A stretch of 64,000 nucleotides of DNA from Bacteroidales bacterium (GCA_024400835.1 JAKSMC010000011.1:572-64571), one strand, 5' to 3'; numbered from the stretch's first letter, positions 18,659-28,563 are shown. Made by a program: numbers and translations. Notes: generated from the sequence alone by a model not told the origin.

Positions 18659-18686
18659 GTAGAGAAGTTGCGCGCAACGTCTCTAC
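18659..18686. other. 28-nt near-perfect palindrome, possibly a terminator for the decarboxylase operon or a protein-binding site
   Basis: GTAGAGAaGTTGCGCGCAACgTCTCTAC. There is no flanking U-run on either strand. Confidence 0.35.
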
Positions 18687-18701
18687 AATGATTATCGAAT
18701 A

Positions 18702-19847
18702 TTAGTACAGGAAGCTTAAGAGGATACCTGCAGCGACGGCACTACCGATGACGCCGGCCACGTTCGGGCCCATAGCGTGCATCAAGAGGAAGTTGGTGCG
18801 GTCGTACTTGAGGCCTTCCACGTAGGAAACGCGGGCAGCATCAGGAACGGCGGATACACCAGCGTTACCGATAAGCGGGTTGATCTTGTTGCCTTCTTTC
18901 AGGAAGAGGTTGAGGAACTTCACGAAGAGCACACCACAAGCTGTTGCGACCACGAATGAGAATGCACCCAGAACGAAGATGAGGATGGACTTCGGAGTCA
19001 GGAAGTTGGTGGCTTGTGTGGAAGCACCCACGGTAAGACCGATGAGGATGGTCACGATGTCGATGAGCGGACCGGAAGCGGTGTTGGCCAGACGTTTGGT
19101 CACGCCGCATTCTTTCAGCAGGTTACCGAAGAACAGCATACCGAGCAGTGGCAGGCCGGACGGAACGAGGAAGGCGGTCAGCAGGATACAGAACAACGGG
19201 AAGAGCACTTTTTCTCTCTTGGAGACAGCTCTTGGCGGACGCATGCGGATGAGACGGTCTTTGTCGTTGGTGAAGAGACGCATGATAGGCGGTTGGATAA
19301 CCGGAACCAAAGCCATGTAAGAGTAGGCAGACACAGCGATGGCACCCATCAAACTCGGAGCCAACTTAGAGGAAAGGAAGATGGCGGTCGGGCCGTCAGC
19401 ACCACCGATGATGCCGATAGCACCGGCTTCTTGTGGGGTGAAGCCCAACAGCAATGCGCACATATACGCGGCGAAGATACCGGCCTGTGCGGCAGCGCCA
19501 ATCAAAATCAGTTTAGGGTTGGATATCAATGCCGAGAAATCCGTCATGGCACCGATACCAAGGAAGATCAGTGGCGGGTAGAAACCCTTGATGACGCCGA
19601 AGTAGAGGTAGTTCAGCACGGCGCCGTTCTCGTACACACCGATTTGCAGACCGTCGGTAAACGGGATGTTACCGATAATCATACCAAACCCGATAGGCAC
19701 GAGCAGCATCGGTTCGAATTCTTTAATCACACCCAAGGCGATAAAGAACAAGCCGACACAAATCATTATAATATGGCCCCACGTGCAGTTTCCGAAACCG
19801 GAGTATCCGAAAAACTGGATGATGCCTTCTTTAAAAAATTCAAACAT
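18702..19847 (-). CDS. mmdB: Na+-translocating decarboxylase beta subunit (OadB/MmdB/GcdB family)
   Basis: Polytopic membrane protein with LIFLGIGAMTDF, GAAAQAGIF, GIIGGADGPTAI and NAGVSAVP motifs typical of the family. Confidence 0.9.
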   Translation of the reverse strand: MFEFFKEGIIQFFGYSGFGNCTWGHIIMICVGLFFIALGVIKEFEPMLLVPIGFGMIIGNIPFTDGLQIGVYENGAVLNYLYFGVIKGFYPPLIFLGIGAMTDFSALISNPKLILIGAAAQAGIFAAYMCALLLGFTPQEAGAIGIIGGADGPTAIFLSSKLAPSLMGAIAVSAYSYMALVPVIQPPIMRLFTNDKDRLIRMRPPRAVSKREKVLFPLFCILLTAFLVPSGLPLLGMLFFGNLLKECGVTKRLANTASGPLIDIVTILIGLTVGASTQATNFLTPKSILIFVLGAFSFVVATACGVLFVKFLNLFLKEGNKINPLIGNAGVSAVPDAARVSYVEGLKYDRTNFLLMHAMGPNVAGVIGSAVAAGILLSFLY

Positions 19848-19889
19848 GTCTTAATAATTTAGTTATTGAACTTGTTGATTGGGTTGTGA

Positions 19890-20345
19890 TTATTCAAAAA
19901 CAACGAGGACATCGCCTTCCATAACGGAATCGCTGCGGTGAACTCTTACTTCCTTGATCACGCCGTCCTTTTCAGCATCGATGTTGTTTTCCATCTTCAT
20001 AGCTTCGAGGAGGAAGAGGCGTTGGCCGGCCTTCACAGCGTCACCTTCTTTGCAGAAGATGTCGAGGATGGTGCCAGGCAGCGGTGATTTGAGGGTGGCG
20101 CCGGAAGCGGTAGCTGCGGCGGGAGCGCTCTTCACGTTTGCGGTGGCAGCGGCAGGAGCGGCAGCCTTGTTGGTGTTGGCGCTAACCTTTACAACGGGTT
20201 TCACCTTCACCGGCTGTTTGATCTCCATGTCCATTTCCACATTGTAGGGAGTGCCGTTGACTTCTACATTCACGGCGTTGTTTTCGAGGTCTCCCACTTC
20301 TACGGAATATTTGTTTCCGTTTATCGTAAATTTATAGTTTTTCAT
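19890..20345 (-). CDS. mmdC: Biotin carboxyl carrier subunit of the decarboxylase
   Basis: Ala/Pro-rich linker followed by a biotinyl domain with EAMKMEN. Confidence 0.85.
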   Translation of the reverse strand: MKNYKFTINGNKYSVEVGDLENNAVNVEVNGTPYNVEMDMEIKQPVKVKPVVKVSANTNKAAAPAAATANVKSAPAAATASGATLKSPLPGTILDIFCKEGDAVKAGQRLFLLEAMKMENNIDAEKDGVIKEVRVHRSDSVMEGDVLVVFE

Positions 20346-20367
20346 ACTTCAAAATCTTTTTAATGAA

Positions 20368-21330
20368 TTATTTTCTTAATCTCGGAGTCTTCTTCATCGT
20401 GAGTTCCTTCTGAGCCCAAGGAGAATAGTGGGCGGAAGGCATGTCAATGGTGATGATTTCACTCTCTTCGTCGTGCATGCTGTTGAAATGCATGTGCAGA
20501 GCCATTGCGATGGCAGCAGCCTCTTCGCCGGTGATTTGGTCGTCATCCTTTGCTTCAGTTGATGTAGCAGCAACTGCGGCTTTTGTTTCTTCTGCCGGAG
20601 TACTCTTAGCGGCGTTGCGCGCAGCAATCTTCTTGGTGGCATAGCCGAAGAGTTTCAGCATCAGGTAAATGACAATCAGGGCGACAAACACTACGGAAAT
20701 GGAAATAACAGCCAAACCAATGCCATAAGGGTCATCTCTCTTCAGTTTTTCCTGTTTGGAAATGGTCACTTTGGTTTCGTTGGTGGAACCTGGCGTAAAT
20801 TGGTCCATCATTTCAGCCTCTTCCACGATGCCGTCGTGAGCAAGACCGTAAGACATAGCAGTATCCATCAATTGCTGCTTAGGATAAACCATCAAGTCGA
20901 TAAGATCCTTACCGTCTGAGGAAATCAAAGCAATGTAGCTGGATTTGGAAGTACGAGGGTCGAAATTGACGTGGAAAGTACCATAGAGCGGTTGCGCATC
21001 CATATAGAACACAGCGAAGGAACGTTGCTGCATAGCGGTGTTCACATCCGTTTTTGGGATACGATACCAATGCTCGGGGATACCGTTTTTCTTAACGGAA
21101 GCCAAACCAGTGGTGTCATCGGTGAGATAGCAGCCGGCAAGGTTTACCGTGTTGTATGCGGTATTGAAAATTTCCACCCAAGGCACATGACGACCGTATT
21201 CATCGTCAAAGTTGTCTGTATTTTTAATAAAGATTTCGTTGAAGCGTAAGTCGCGGACGGACTGACCGAAGGTCGAACCCGTGACGAGCAGTGCCACCAA
21301 CAAAACCAGTATCTTGTTTAAATATTTCAT
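20368..21330 (-). CDS. Lamin-tail-domain / OadG-type (delta-like) decarboxylase subunit fusion
   Basis: Signal peptide. LTD-like RFNEIFIKN...VPWVEIFNTAYNTVNLAGCYLTDD. Single TM helix IGLAVISISVVFVALIVIYLMLKLFG. Ala/Thr/Glu-rich linker, then ITGEEAAAIAMALHMHF. It sits between the alpha and biotin-carrier genes. Confidence 0.6.
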   Translation of the reverse strand: MKYLNKILVLLVALLVTGSTFGQSVRDLRFNEIFIKNTDNFDDEYGRHVPWVEIFNTAYNTVNLAGCYLTDDTTGLASVKKNGIPEHWYRIPKTDVNTAMQQRSFAVFYMDAQPLYGTFHVNFDPRTSKSSYIALISSDGKDLIDLMVYPKQQLMDTAMSYGLAHDGIVEEAEMMDQFTPGSTNETKVTISKQEKLKRDDPYGIGLAVISISVVFVALIVIYLMLKLFGYATKKIAARNAAKSTPAEETKAAVAATSTEAKDDDQITGEEAAAIAMALHMHFNSMHDEESEIITIDMPSAHYSPWAQKELTMKKTPRLRK

Positions 21331-21359
21331 AATTCTCTATCAGTTTTGTAGATAATAGA

Positions 21360-22919
21360 TTATAATGGGAGATTGTCGTGTTTCTTAGCGGGGTTCTCCA
21401 GGCGTTTGTTCTTGAGGGATTCAAGGGCGCGGATGACTCTGAAACGGGTGTTGCGCGGTTCGATGACGTCGTCGATGTAGCCGTATTGGGCAGCCACATA
21501 CGGGTTGGAGAACTTGTTGCGGTAATCTTCGACCTTTTCGTTGAGGAAGGCAGCCTTTTCTTCCGGATTTTCGATTTTCTTCATCTGTGAACCGTAGAGG
21601 ATTTCAGCTGCGCCGCTGCCGCCCATAACTGCGATTTCTGCGGTCGGCCAAGCGTAGTTGATATCGCCGCGGAGATGTTTGGAGCTCATCACGCAGTAAG
21701 CGCCACCGTAGTCCTTACGAAGGATGACGGTAACCTTAGGAACGGTGCATTCGCCGTAAGCATAGAGCAATTTAGCGCCGTGGAGGATGATGCCGCCGTA
21801 TTCTTGGCCAGTGCCAGGTAAGAAACCGGGAACGTCAACCAACGTCACCAATGGGATGTTGAAAGCGTCGCAGAAGCGGACGAAACGAGCACCCTTGCGG
21901 GAAGCGTTGATGTCGAGCACGCCGGCGAGATATTTCGGCTGGTTGGCCACGATACCTACGGACATACCGTTGAAACGAGCGAAACCGATAACAATGTTCG
22001 GGGCGTAAAGCGGTTGGATTTCGAGGAACTTGCCGTCATCGACAATGCCGTTGATAACGTCTTTCACGTCGTATGGCATGTTCGGATTGTCCGGAATGAT
22101 GGAGTTCAAAGCGTCTTCCAGACGGTTGATAGGATCTTCGGTTGCTTCGAAAGGCGGTTCTTCCATGTTGTTGGAAGGAAGGTAGCTGATGAGTTCGCGG
22201 AGCATTGCGATACCCTCTTCTTCGTTTTCAACTGCGAAGTGAGCCACACCGGATTTCTTGGAATGGACGGATGCACCACCGAGGTCTTCGGTCGTTACGT
22301 CTTCGTTGGTCACAGTCTTTACGACTTTCGGACCGGTCACGAACATATAGCTCGTGTTCTTGGTCATCATGATGAAGTCGGTAAGAGCGGGGGAGTAGAC
22401 AGCACCGCCGGCGCAAGGTCCGAAAATAGCGGAGATTTGCGGGATAACACCGGAAGCGAGGATGTTGCGTTGGAAAATTTCAGCGTAACCTGCCAAGCTG
22501 TTCACGCCTTCTTGGATACGTGCCCCACCGGAATCGTTGAAACCGATGACAGGAGCGCCGACCTTCATGGCCTGGTCCATCACTTTGCATATTTTTTGAG
22601 CAAATGTCTCAGAAAGAGAACCGCCGAAAACTGTGAAATCTTGGGAGAAAACATAAACCAGACGGCCGTTGACTGTACCATAACCGGTAACGACACCGTC
22701 GGAGAGGAATTTCTTGTTTTCCAAACCGAAATTCTGGCAGCGGTGTTGTACGAACATGTCAAATTCTTCGAAGCTACCTTCGTCGAGGAACATCAGGATG
22801 CGTTCGCGAGCCGAGTATTTGCCCTTGGCATGCTGCTTGTCAATACTCTCCTGACCTCCGCCTAAACGAGCTTTCTCACGCAGGGAGAGCAACTCGTTGA
22901 TTTTATCTTGCATTGTCAT
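21360..22919 (-). CDS. mmdA: Methylmalonyl-CoA decarboxylase alpha subunit (carboxyltransferase)
   Basis: Carboxyl_trans family along its full length, with [12 protein letters not shown] and [16 protein letters not shown]. It is the first gene of an operon with OadG-like, BCCP and Na+-pump beta genes. Confidence 0.88.
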   Translation of the reverse strand: MTMQDKINELLSLREKARLGGGQESIDKQHAKGKYSARERILMFLDEGSFEEFDMFVQHRCQNFGLENKKFLSDGVVTGYGTVNGRLVYVFSQDFTVFGGSLSETFAQKICKVMDQAMKVGAPVIGFNDSGGARIQEGVNSLAGYAEIFQRNILASGVIPQISAIFGPCAGGAVYSPALTDFIMMTKNTSYMFVTGPKVVKTVTNEDVTTEDLGGASVHSKKSGVAHFAVENEEEGIAMLRELISYLPSNNMEEPPFEATEDPINRLEDALNSIIPDNPNMPYDVKDVINGIVDDGKFLEIQPLYAPNIVIGFARFNGMSVGIVANQPKYLAGVLDINASRKGARFVRFCDAFNIPLVTLVDVPGFLPGTGQEYGGIILHGAKLLYAYGECTVPKVTVILRKDYGGAYCVMSSKHLRGDINYAWPTAEIAVMGGSGAAEILYGSQMKKIENPEEKAAFLNEKVEDYRNKFSNPYVAAQYGYIDDVIEPRNTRFRVIRALESLKNKRLENPAKKHDNLPL

Positions 22920-23125
22920 AAATAATTGATATTTAAAGATTTGTAATTAATTTTACGTGATAATACACCTATTGTTTGAAAGCGCGAAAGTACAAAAAAA
23001 ACGAATAGCCTTACCTGATTATTTATCAACGTTTTGCACGTAGTTTTTAACATTTCGGAAACTTTTTCTCGATATTGCGTCTCTTCCTTATCGCATAATA
23101 GTGCTCTACAAATTGACCTTTTTGA

Positions 23126-23133
23126 TATCTTTG
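23126..23133 (+). promoter_or_regulatory. Bacteroidota -7 box
   Basis: TATCTTTG, 20 nt upstream of the ATG at 23153. Confidence 0.5.
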
Positions 23134-23152
23134 CACTTCTTTTTGTTTGGTT

Positions 23153-24550
23153 ATGAAAAAGACTTTTTTTACTTCATTGTTCGCTTTTTTGTTCTGCTGG
23201 ATGTCCGCTCAAACGATCATGACGGGCGATGCGTTGCAGGACAGTGCTTTGGCTGTGGCCATTAGGACGATTGACCGCAATACGGAGGGCAGGTTGCTCA
23301 AGGCCGGTGCCGACTACGGCGGCGAATGGACGCGCGATATTTCTATGAATTCCTGGAATGCCGTGTCCCTGCTGCGTCCTGATATCGCGGAATTCTCGCT
23401 TTGGAGCGTTACCAATGACCATGCCTCTATCGGCCATCAGTATTGGGATAAAATCATCTGGACCATCGCAGCCTGGAACCATTTCCGGATAACAGGCGAT
23501 GAGGCTTTTTTGAAAGAGGCATATGTGTGCTGCCAGAGGACGATGCGCGAATTGGAAGATTCCTGTTTTGATAGGAAATACGGACTTTTTATGGGACCGG
23601 CTGTTTTCCAAGATGGCATTGCCGCCTATGAGGAGCCTATCTATGATGTTCGCTGGGATACGATATATTCGGGAGTCGTGAACTATCCGAACTCCCGTAC
23701 TATCAAATGCTTGTCAACAAATGCTGTCTATTACGAATCTTATGTCTGTTTGGCTGAGATGGCCGGAATTCTTCAGCCGAAGATGGCGAAGGTGTATTTG
23801 AAAAAGGCCGAGATACTGAAGCGGAATTTTCGGAAGCATCTATACAATTCGGAAGAAGCGAAACTGTACTATCTCATTGACCATACGGGCAAAAAGCATG
23901 AATTTCAGGAGGCCCTGGGTATTGCGTACGCCATCATGTTCGGGCTGGTGTCCGAATCGGAGGCGCGGGATATACTGTCGAAAGTGTATGTGTCGCCATT
24001 CGGCATTCCTGCGGTGTGGCCGCACTTTCAGCGCTATAATGACGAGATGCCCGGCCGGCACAATGTGATGGTATGGCCGCATGTCAATATGTATTTCGCC
24101 TCAGCCTGCGCGCAGGTGGGTGACTATGAGAAGTGCTATTTCGAGATGGATAACCTCACGCGCCTGGCCACGCAGCATGACCCAGACGGTGAGGTTAACT
24201 TCCATGAAATCTATACCACGCAGGGCGTCCCTTCTGGCGGATGGCAGGGCAGCTGGCAGTGGCCTCCGCTTAATCACCAGACCTGGTGCGCTACGGGCTA
24301 TCTTCGCAATTATCTGTACGTTGTAGCAGGCATGGACTTTCAAGTGGATGGACTTCATTTTCATCCCGTCGGAATCCCTTCCGGTGAGGTGGTCCTGAAA
24401 GATATCCATTATCGGAATGCCACGCTGAACATCGTGGTCAGAGGTTGCGGCACCCAATTGGCAAGTTGCACCATAAACGGGAAGCGCTCGGTGCCTTTTG
24501 TGCCAAGCGATGCCGAAGGCCTCTATGAGATAGTGCTGGAGGTGAAGTAG
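23153..24550 (+). CDS. Secreted (alpha/alpha)6-barrel glycoside-hydrolase-like protein; family not resolved
   Basis: Signal peptide MKKTFFTSLFAFLFCWMSAQ. Motifs DYGGEWTRDISMNSWN, repeated helical hairpins and WPHVNMYF resemble GDE_C/GH15/GH63-type six-hairpin enzymes. The ORF-track start at 23147 is TTG. Confidence 0.45.
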   Translation: MKKTFFTSLFAFLFCWMSAQTIMTGDALQDSALAVAIRTIDRNTEGRLLKAGADYGGEWTRDISMNSWNAVSLLRPDIAEFSLWSVTNDHASIGHQYWDKIIWTIAAWNHFRITGDEAFLKEAYVCCQRTMRELEDSCFDRKYGLFMGPAVFQDGIAAYEEPIYDVRWDTIYSGVVNYPNSRTIKCLSTNAVYYESYVCLAEMAGILQPKMAKVYLKKAEILKRNFRKHLYNSEEAKLYYLIDHTGKKHEFQEALGIAYAIMFGLVSESEARDILSKVYVSPFGIPAVWPHFQRYNDEMPGRHNVMVWPHVNMYFASACAQVGDYEKCYFEMDNLTRLATQHDPDGEVNFHEIYTTQGVPSGGWQGSWQWPPLNHQTWCATGYLRNYLYVVAGMDFQVDGLHFHPVGIPSGEVVLKDIHYRNATLNIVVRGCGTQLASCTINGKRSVPFVPSDAEGLYEIVLEVK

Positions 24551-24557
24551 ATAACTT

Positions 24558-25649
24558 CTAATTTTTGAAAACTATCCCGCCGGGGTTCAGGCCAGCGCTG
24601 AATGAGAATTTTTTCTTGCCTTCTTTGCTGAAGCAGACAATGTCACCGTTGACGGTGTAGTCGCCGGCGTCTGAAATGTAAACGTCGCCGTTCAGCGGGT
24701 TGGTGGCGATGGCGTACGGGTTGGCAATCGTTGTGCCGTCAGTGATGAAGTTCTCGCGCACTAACTGGTCTGTGCGGAGGTCCATGACCTTTATCCAAGA
24801 AGATGCCGTGCTGTAATCGTAACTGTACAGGTAGGCGAAGTGGTCCTCGATGGTGAAATTCAAAACCTCTAAGTTGTAGTTCTTGACTACCTGGTCGGTT
24901 TGCGCGTCGATTTTTTGGAATGCATACGGTATGTCGGCGTAATTGCCTCTGGATTCAACATATACGTATTGATCGTTGTAACTGCTCATGACCGTTGGAT
25001 TGTCAGTCACCGTGAGTGTCTTGACAACGGAGAAACTGTTAAGGTCGATGACAGAAACGGTGTTCCCGTAGTTGGGATAATTGAGTCCGCCGGAGTTGGC
25101 CACGTATAGTTTGCCGTTGCACACGCAGAGTCCGTCGGGATTGTCGCCGGAGTGTGTGGCAGCTTCTACTTCCAAGGTCGTGGTGTCGATGCGCAGAATG
25201 TCGCCGTCGTAGCAGGAGACGTAGGCTTTTCCGTGATGGAAGGCGATTTTGCGGGGCTGCTTGCCAGTTAAGTCAATGGCTTTGAGCGAGGTCGCGTCAG
25301 ACAATTTCATAATCTCCAATCGGTTGGAATTGTTGACAATACAGTAGAGTTTGGAGCCGTATGACTTCAAGTCACTGCCGGTGTCACCCAGGCCGCGGTG
25401 GTTCCTTTCCAAGAAGATGTCGTCGGTTAGGGTGTTTGTTTTGAAATCGTAGTAGGAGAGGGTGGAGTTGTTCATCTGGAACAGCCCTTCGTTGAGGATG
25501 TAAACGCCGTCCGCGCAGGCGTCGACTGGACCGTCAGGGTCAGTTCCTGGCGTGGGCTTACATGATACGGCCATGAAGGCCAATGCGGCAAAAAGGGTTA
25601 CTGCAGACAGCAGTCTGTGTTTTTGAAAGTTGTGTTGTTTGAAATGCAT
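24558..25649 (-). CDS. YncE-like beta-propeller lipoprotein under cobalamin-riboswitch control; candidate corrinoid-binding surface protein
   Basis: Lipobox FMAVSC. Repeated blade motifs LYCIVNNSN, AYVSCYDG, LYVANSGG, VYVESRGN, VYISDAGD. The riboswitch is immediately upstream. Confidence 0.6.
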   Translation of the reverse strand: MHFKQHNFQKHRLLSAVTLFAALAFMAVSCKPTPGTDPDGPVDACADGVYILNEGLFQMNNSTLSYYDFKTNTLTDDIFLERNHRGLGDTGSDLKSYGSKLYCIVNNSNRLEIMKLSDATSLKAIDLTGKQPRKIAFHHGKAYVSCYDGDILRIDTTTLEVEAATHSGDNPDGLCVCNGKLYVANSGGLNYPNYGNTVSVIDLNSFSVVKTLTVTDNPTVMSSYNDQYVYVESRGNYADIPYAFQKIDAQTDQVVKNYNLEVLNFTIEDHFAYLYSYDYSTASSWIKVMDLRTDQLVRENFITDGTTIANPYAIATNPLNGDVYISDAGDYTVNGDIVCFSKEGKKKFSFSAGLNPGGIVFKN

Positions 25650-25744
25650 ATCCTCGGCATTTTGAAATTAATATTATGCTTCGGAAAAAAATGTCTGACA
25701 AGGTTCGTTTGAAATTTGTACCTGCCTACCTCCCGAAGCGGTTA

Positions 25745-25918
25745 ACAACTCGTCAAGTGGCAGGTCTTCTGACTTGTCTCTTCCAAAACGCCTTCCCATC
25801 GTGTGACAGTGACATGTTGTTCTGGAAACTGCGGAGACTCACAGCAGCGGGCACTGTACAGGATTTGCACCTGTTTCCCTTTCAGAATTTCACATGGAAT
25901 TTCTTCACCATTTGAACG
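25745..25918 (-). promoter_or_regulatory. Cobalamin (B12) riboswitch aptamer
   Basis: The minus strand reads AAGGGAAacaGGTGcaAAtCCtgtaCaGtGCCCGCtGCTGTgag...CACTGtcacacgatGGGAAGGC...AGTCAGAAGACCTGCC (B12 box). A P1 candidate is TCAAATG/CACTTGA. Confidence 0.85.
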
Positions 25919-25922
25919 GCGG

Positions 25923-25930
25923 CAAAAATA
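25923..25930 (-). promoter_or_regulatory. Bacteroidota -7 box driving the riboswitch-lipoprotein transcript
   Basis: The minus strand reads TATTTTTG, just upstream of the aptamer. Confidence 0.5.
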
Positions 25931-25957
25931 CAAATAATTTTGAATTCGGAATCCGTT

Positions 25958-28441
25958 TTACCAGTCAACCGCGAATTTGAGGTTGATGAGTCTGCCCGTC
26001 AGGTAGTTGGGGACGGCGTGCTGAATGTTGTCGATGTCGGTGATCCAAAAATAGGAGGAAATATTGTAGGTGCCGAGGAGGTTGAAGACTTCGATATAGA
26101 TGCCGGCGTTTTTGATGCTTCGGATGAAGGCGGACTTGTTGCGCATACGGTCGCGGCTCTGTTCGAGCAGCATGAAGGAGAAACCGATGTCGGCGCGACG
26201 ATACCACGTAGTGCGGAATACGCGGTTGTATGCCGGGGCGTTGGGCGCGCCAAAAGGTGTGCCGGAGGCAAATACGAAATTGAGATGTACGCGGAACTGC
26301 GGATAACCAGGAATGTGGTCTTGGAAGAAGAGGTTGAAGGCCACGCGCTGGTCGGTGGGGCGCGGAATAAATCCCGGCTCGATAGTGTTGCCCTCGTTAT
26401 CTACGTAGGAGTCGTTGAGCAGGTCTTCTTCGGTTTTCATCAAAGACACGGAGAACCAGGATTCCAGTCCCTTGATGAACTCGCCGCTGATTTTCAAATC
26501 CAGCCCGGCTGCATAACCTACTGCGTCGTTTTCACCGCTGTAGATGATGCGTACGTTGTCAACATTGTAGGAAATCAGTCTGTCGAGATACTTGTAGTAG
26601 GCTTCGGCGGTGAACTTGAAGGGGCGGCGCCACAACTTGAAGTTGTATTCTGCACCCGCCACGACTTGGGCAGAGCGCTGTGACTTGATGTCGTGGTTCA
26701 AGGTGCCGTCGGGTCGGCGCATTTCACGATAGAATGCAGGCTGATAATAAAGCCCGGTTCGTAAGGAGAAAATCCAGTCGTGCTCCCAACGCGGGTTGTA
26801 GATGAATGCTAAGCGTGGGGAAACCGTGACTTCTTTTGGTGTGAATGTCCAGTAGTGCAGGCGCAATCCGGCATTGAGCATGTAGTGCGGAAGGCTGTCG
26901 CCGTCTATCTTCCATAAGTCTTGGATGAATGCGGTGAAACGGAACGTGTTGAGGTCGTTGGTGGTCCGCAGGATGTCGTTGTCGTCGAAAGCCAAAATAC
27001 GAGATGGGTCGTCCCAGCTCACCGTCTCGCCGGGGGTGGTGGGGTAGTAGGGCATGGTGTAACCCGAGGAGTCTCGCATGGTCCATTCGCTAATCTTGTC
27101 GTTGATGATTTCGCTCTGTGCTTTCAAGCCCCAACTCAGCGTGTTGGCGAAGGGCAGCTTGTGCTCACCCAGGAGGTTTGCGGCGGAGACTATGTAGGAA
27201 AGGGAGTTGCGGGCATGCTCCAAGTAGGTGCCGTAACCGCGAAGGTCTCCCACTTGGGCTTCGCCGGCGGAGACGAATTGGATTTCGTTCAGCCAGTATT
27301 GCCCTTGGATATCGTAATTCTCGCTCTCTTGGGCGTAGTAGGATGAGACGATGAACTTGAGCAGGGACTTGTCAGAAGGTTTGTAAGCGAAAGTCAAACC
27401 GCCCAGGTAGTTTTCATATTTATCGACTTCCTGGCCGTCGAAAAAGACTTCCAGTTGTTCGGCATCTGAGGTGGACCCGTTGCGCTGCACGTGATATACG
27501 GGCTGGTACTTGTAACTGTTGATGGAAAAGTTTCCTAAAAGGCTGATGCTGAATTTTTTCGTTACGTCCCACTTGAGCAGCATTTGCGCATCGAAAAAGC
27601 GTGGCTTGAAGTCGGCAGCGGAGTCCATCGTCTTCAAAAGGAAGGAGTTGTCTTTGAAACGGAGTCCTACTAAGAAGGAGAAGCAGCTATCAACGCGGCC
27701 CTCGGCATGGGCGGAGGCGCCGAGCAGGCTGGCGGATATGGAACCGCCGTATTGCGTGGGTTCCTTGTACTGCACGTCCAGCACGGAGGACATCTTGTCA
27801 CCGTACTTGGCCTCGAAACCGCCGGCAGAGAAGACGACGTTGCCGGCAAGGTCGGTATTGACAAAGCTCATGCCTTCCTGTTGCGCGCTGCGAATGAGGA
27901 ACGGACGGTAAATCTGGATGTTGTTGACAAAGACGAGGTTCTCGTCATAGTTGCCGCCGCGGACGTTGTACTGCGAACTGAGCTCGTTGGCGGATGACGC
28001 ACCCGGCAGCATCTTGATGAGGGACTCCATGCCGCCTCCGGGTGACGGCATCTGGAAACTCAACTTCGGATTGATCTGGACGTAACCGTTGTCGGCCGTG
28101 CTGTGAATGTTGACCTGATCCAATCGGTTGCCGATGGTCTTCAAGACTATGGTTACGTTTTTTGTCTCTTTGGCACCCAGACGGAAGTTGATGACGGTGT
28201 CTTGATGGCTGATTTGTTGGAAGTAGACTCGCAAATCGGTGTGCTCGGGAACGTTGAGCACGAATTGGCCGTAATCGTTGGAAATGGTCTGGATGTTGTG
28301 GTCGAGCACCTGGATGACAACATTTTCGATGGGATAGCCCTCTTCGTCTTGCAGTGTCCCTTTAATAACAGCCTTCTGCCCATAGGAAATGTGTATGAGC
28401 AATACGGTGAGAAGGATGGATAAAAATATGGACTTTTTCAA
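25958..28441 (-). CDS. TonB-dependent outer-membrane receptor with N-terminal carboxypeptidase-regulatory-like domain
   Basis: Signal peptide. IKGTLQDEEGYPIENVVIQV. Plug motifs YNVRGGNYDENLVFVNNIQIY and FSAGGFEAKYGDKMSSVLDV. Long beta-barrel ending LKFAVDW. Confidence 0.85.
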   Translation of the reverse strand: MKKSIFLSILLTVLLIHISYGQKAVIKGTLQDEEGYPIENVVIQVLDHNIQTISNDYGQFVLNVPEHTDLRVYFQQISHQDTVINFRLGAKETKNVTIVLKTIGNRLDQVNIHSTADNGYVQINPKLSFQMPSPGGGMESLIKMLPGASSANELSSQYNVRGGNYDENLVFVNNIQIYRPFLIRSAQQEGMSFVNTDLAGNVVFSAGGFEAKYGDKMSSVLDVQYKEPTQYGGSISASLLGASAHAEGRVDSCFSFLVGLRFKDNSFLLKTMDSAADFKPRFFDAQMLLKWDVTKKFSISLLGNFSINSYKYQPVYHVQRNGSTSDAEQLEVFFDGQEVDKYENYLGGLTFAYKPSDKSLLKFIVSSYYAQESENYDIQGQYWLNEIQFVSAGEAQVGDLRGYGTYLEHARNSLSYIVSAANLLGEHKLPFANTLSWGLKAQSEIINDKISEWTMRDSSGYTMPYYPTTPGETVSWDDPSRILAFDDNDILRTTNDLNTFRFTAFIQDLWKIDGDSLPHYMLNAGLRLHYWTFTPKEVTVSPRLAFIYNPRWEHDWIFSLRTGLYYQPAFYREMRRPDGTLNHDIKSQRSAQVVAGAEYNFKLWRRPFKFTAEAYYKYLDRLISYNVDNVRIIYSGENDAVGYAAGLDLKISGEFIKGLESWFSVSLMKTEEDLLNDSYVDNEGNTIEPGFIPRPTDQRVAFNLFFQDHIPGYPQFRVHLNFVFASGTPFGAPNAPAYNRVFRTTWYRRADIGFSFMLLEQSRDRMRNKSAFIRSIKNAGIYIEVFNLLGTYNISSYFWITDIDNIQHAVPNYLTGRLINLKFAVDW

Positions 28442-28498
28442 AATACCGGTAAAAAACGAAAATACTATACGGAAAAGTTGCCAGTTTATTGTGTCAGT

Positions 28499-28540
28499 TC
28501 AAAAAAAAAGCTGCTGTAAAACAAAATGGCTACAGCAGCT
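28499..28540 (-). terminator. Rho-independent terminator after rpmB
   Basis: The minus strand reads AGCTGCTGTAgccattttgtttTACAGCAGCT followed by ttttttttt. Confidence 0.75.
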
Positions 28541-28563
28541 TTTAGATCGTGGAAATGAAAATA

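Noticed and set aside
19014-22865. Long plus-strand ORFs (19014-19862, 22014-22865) opposite the decarboxylase operon
   Set aside because: They are antisense to mmdB and mmdA, whose family motifs are unambiguous. The translated products are D/E/G/H-rich nonsense.
25940-26683. 247-aa plus-strand ORF overlapping the 3' part of the TonB-dependent receptor
   Set aside because: It is antisense to a receptor with a canonical C-terminal barrel terminus, with no independent support.
25958-28441. TonB-dependent receptor as the riboswitch-controlled BtuB
   Set aside because: The riboswitch is downstream of this gene on the same strand. The gene's own 5' region (28442-28563) holds only the rpmB terminator. 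The N-terminal CarboxypepD_reg domain is not BtuB-like. A functional link is still possible but not supported.
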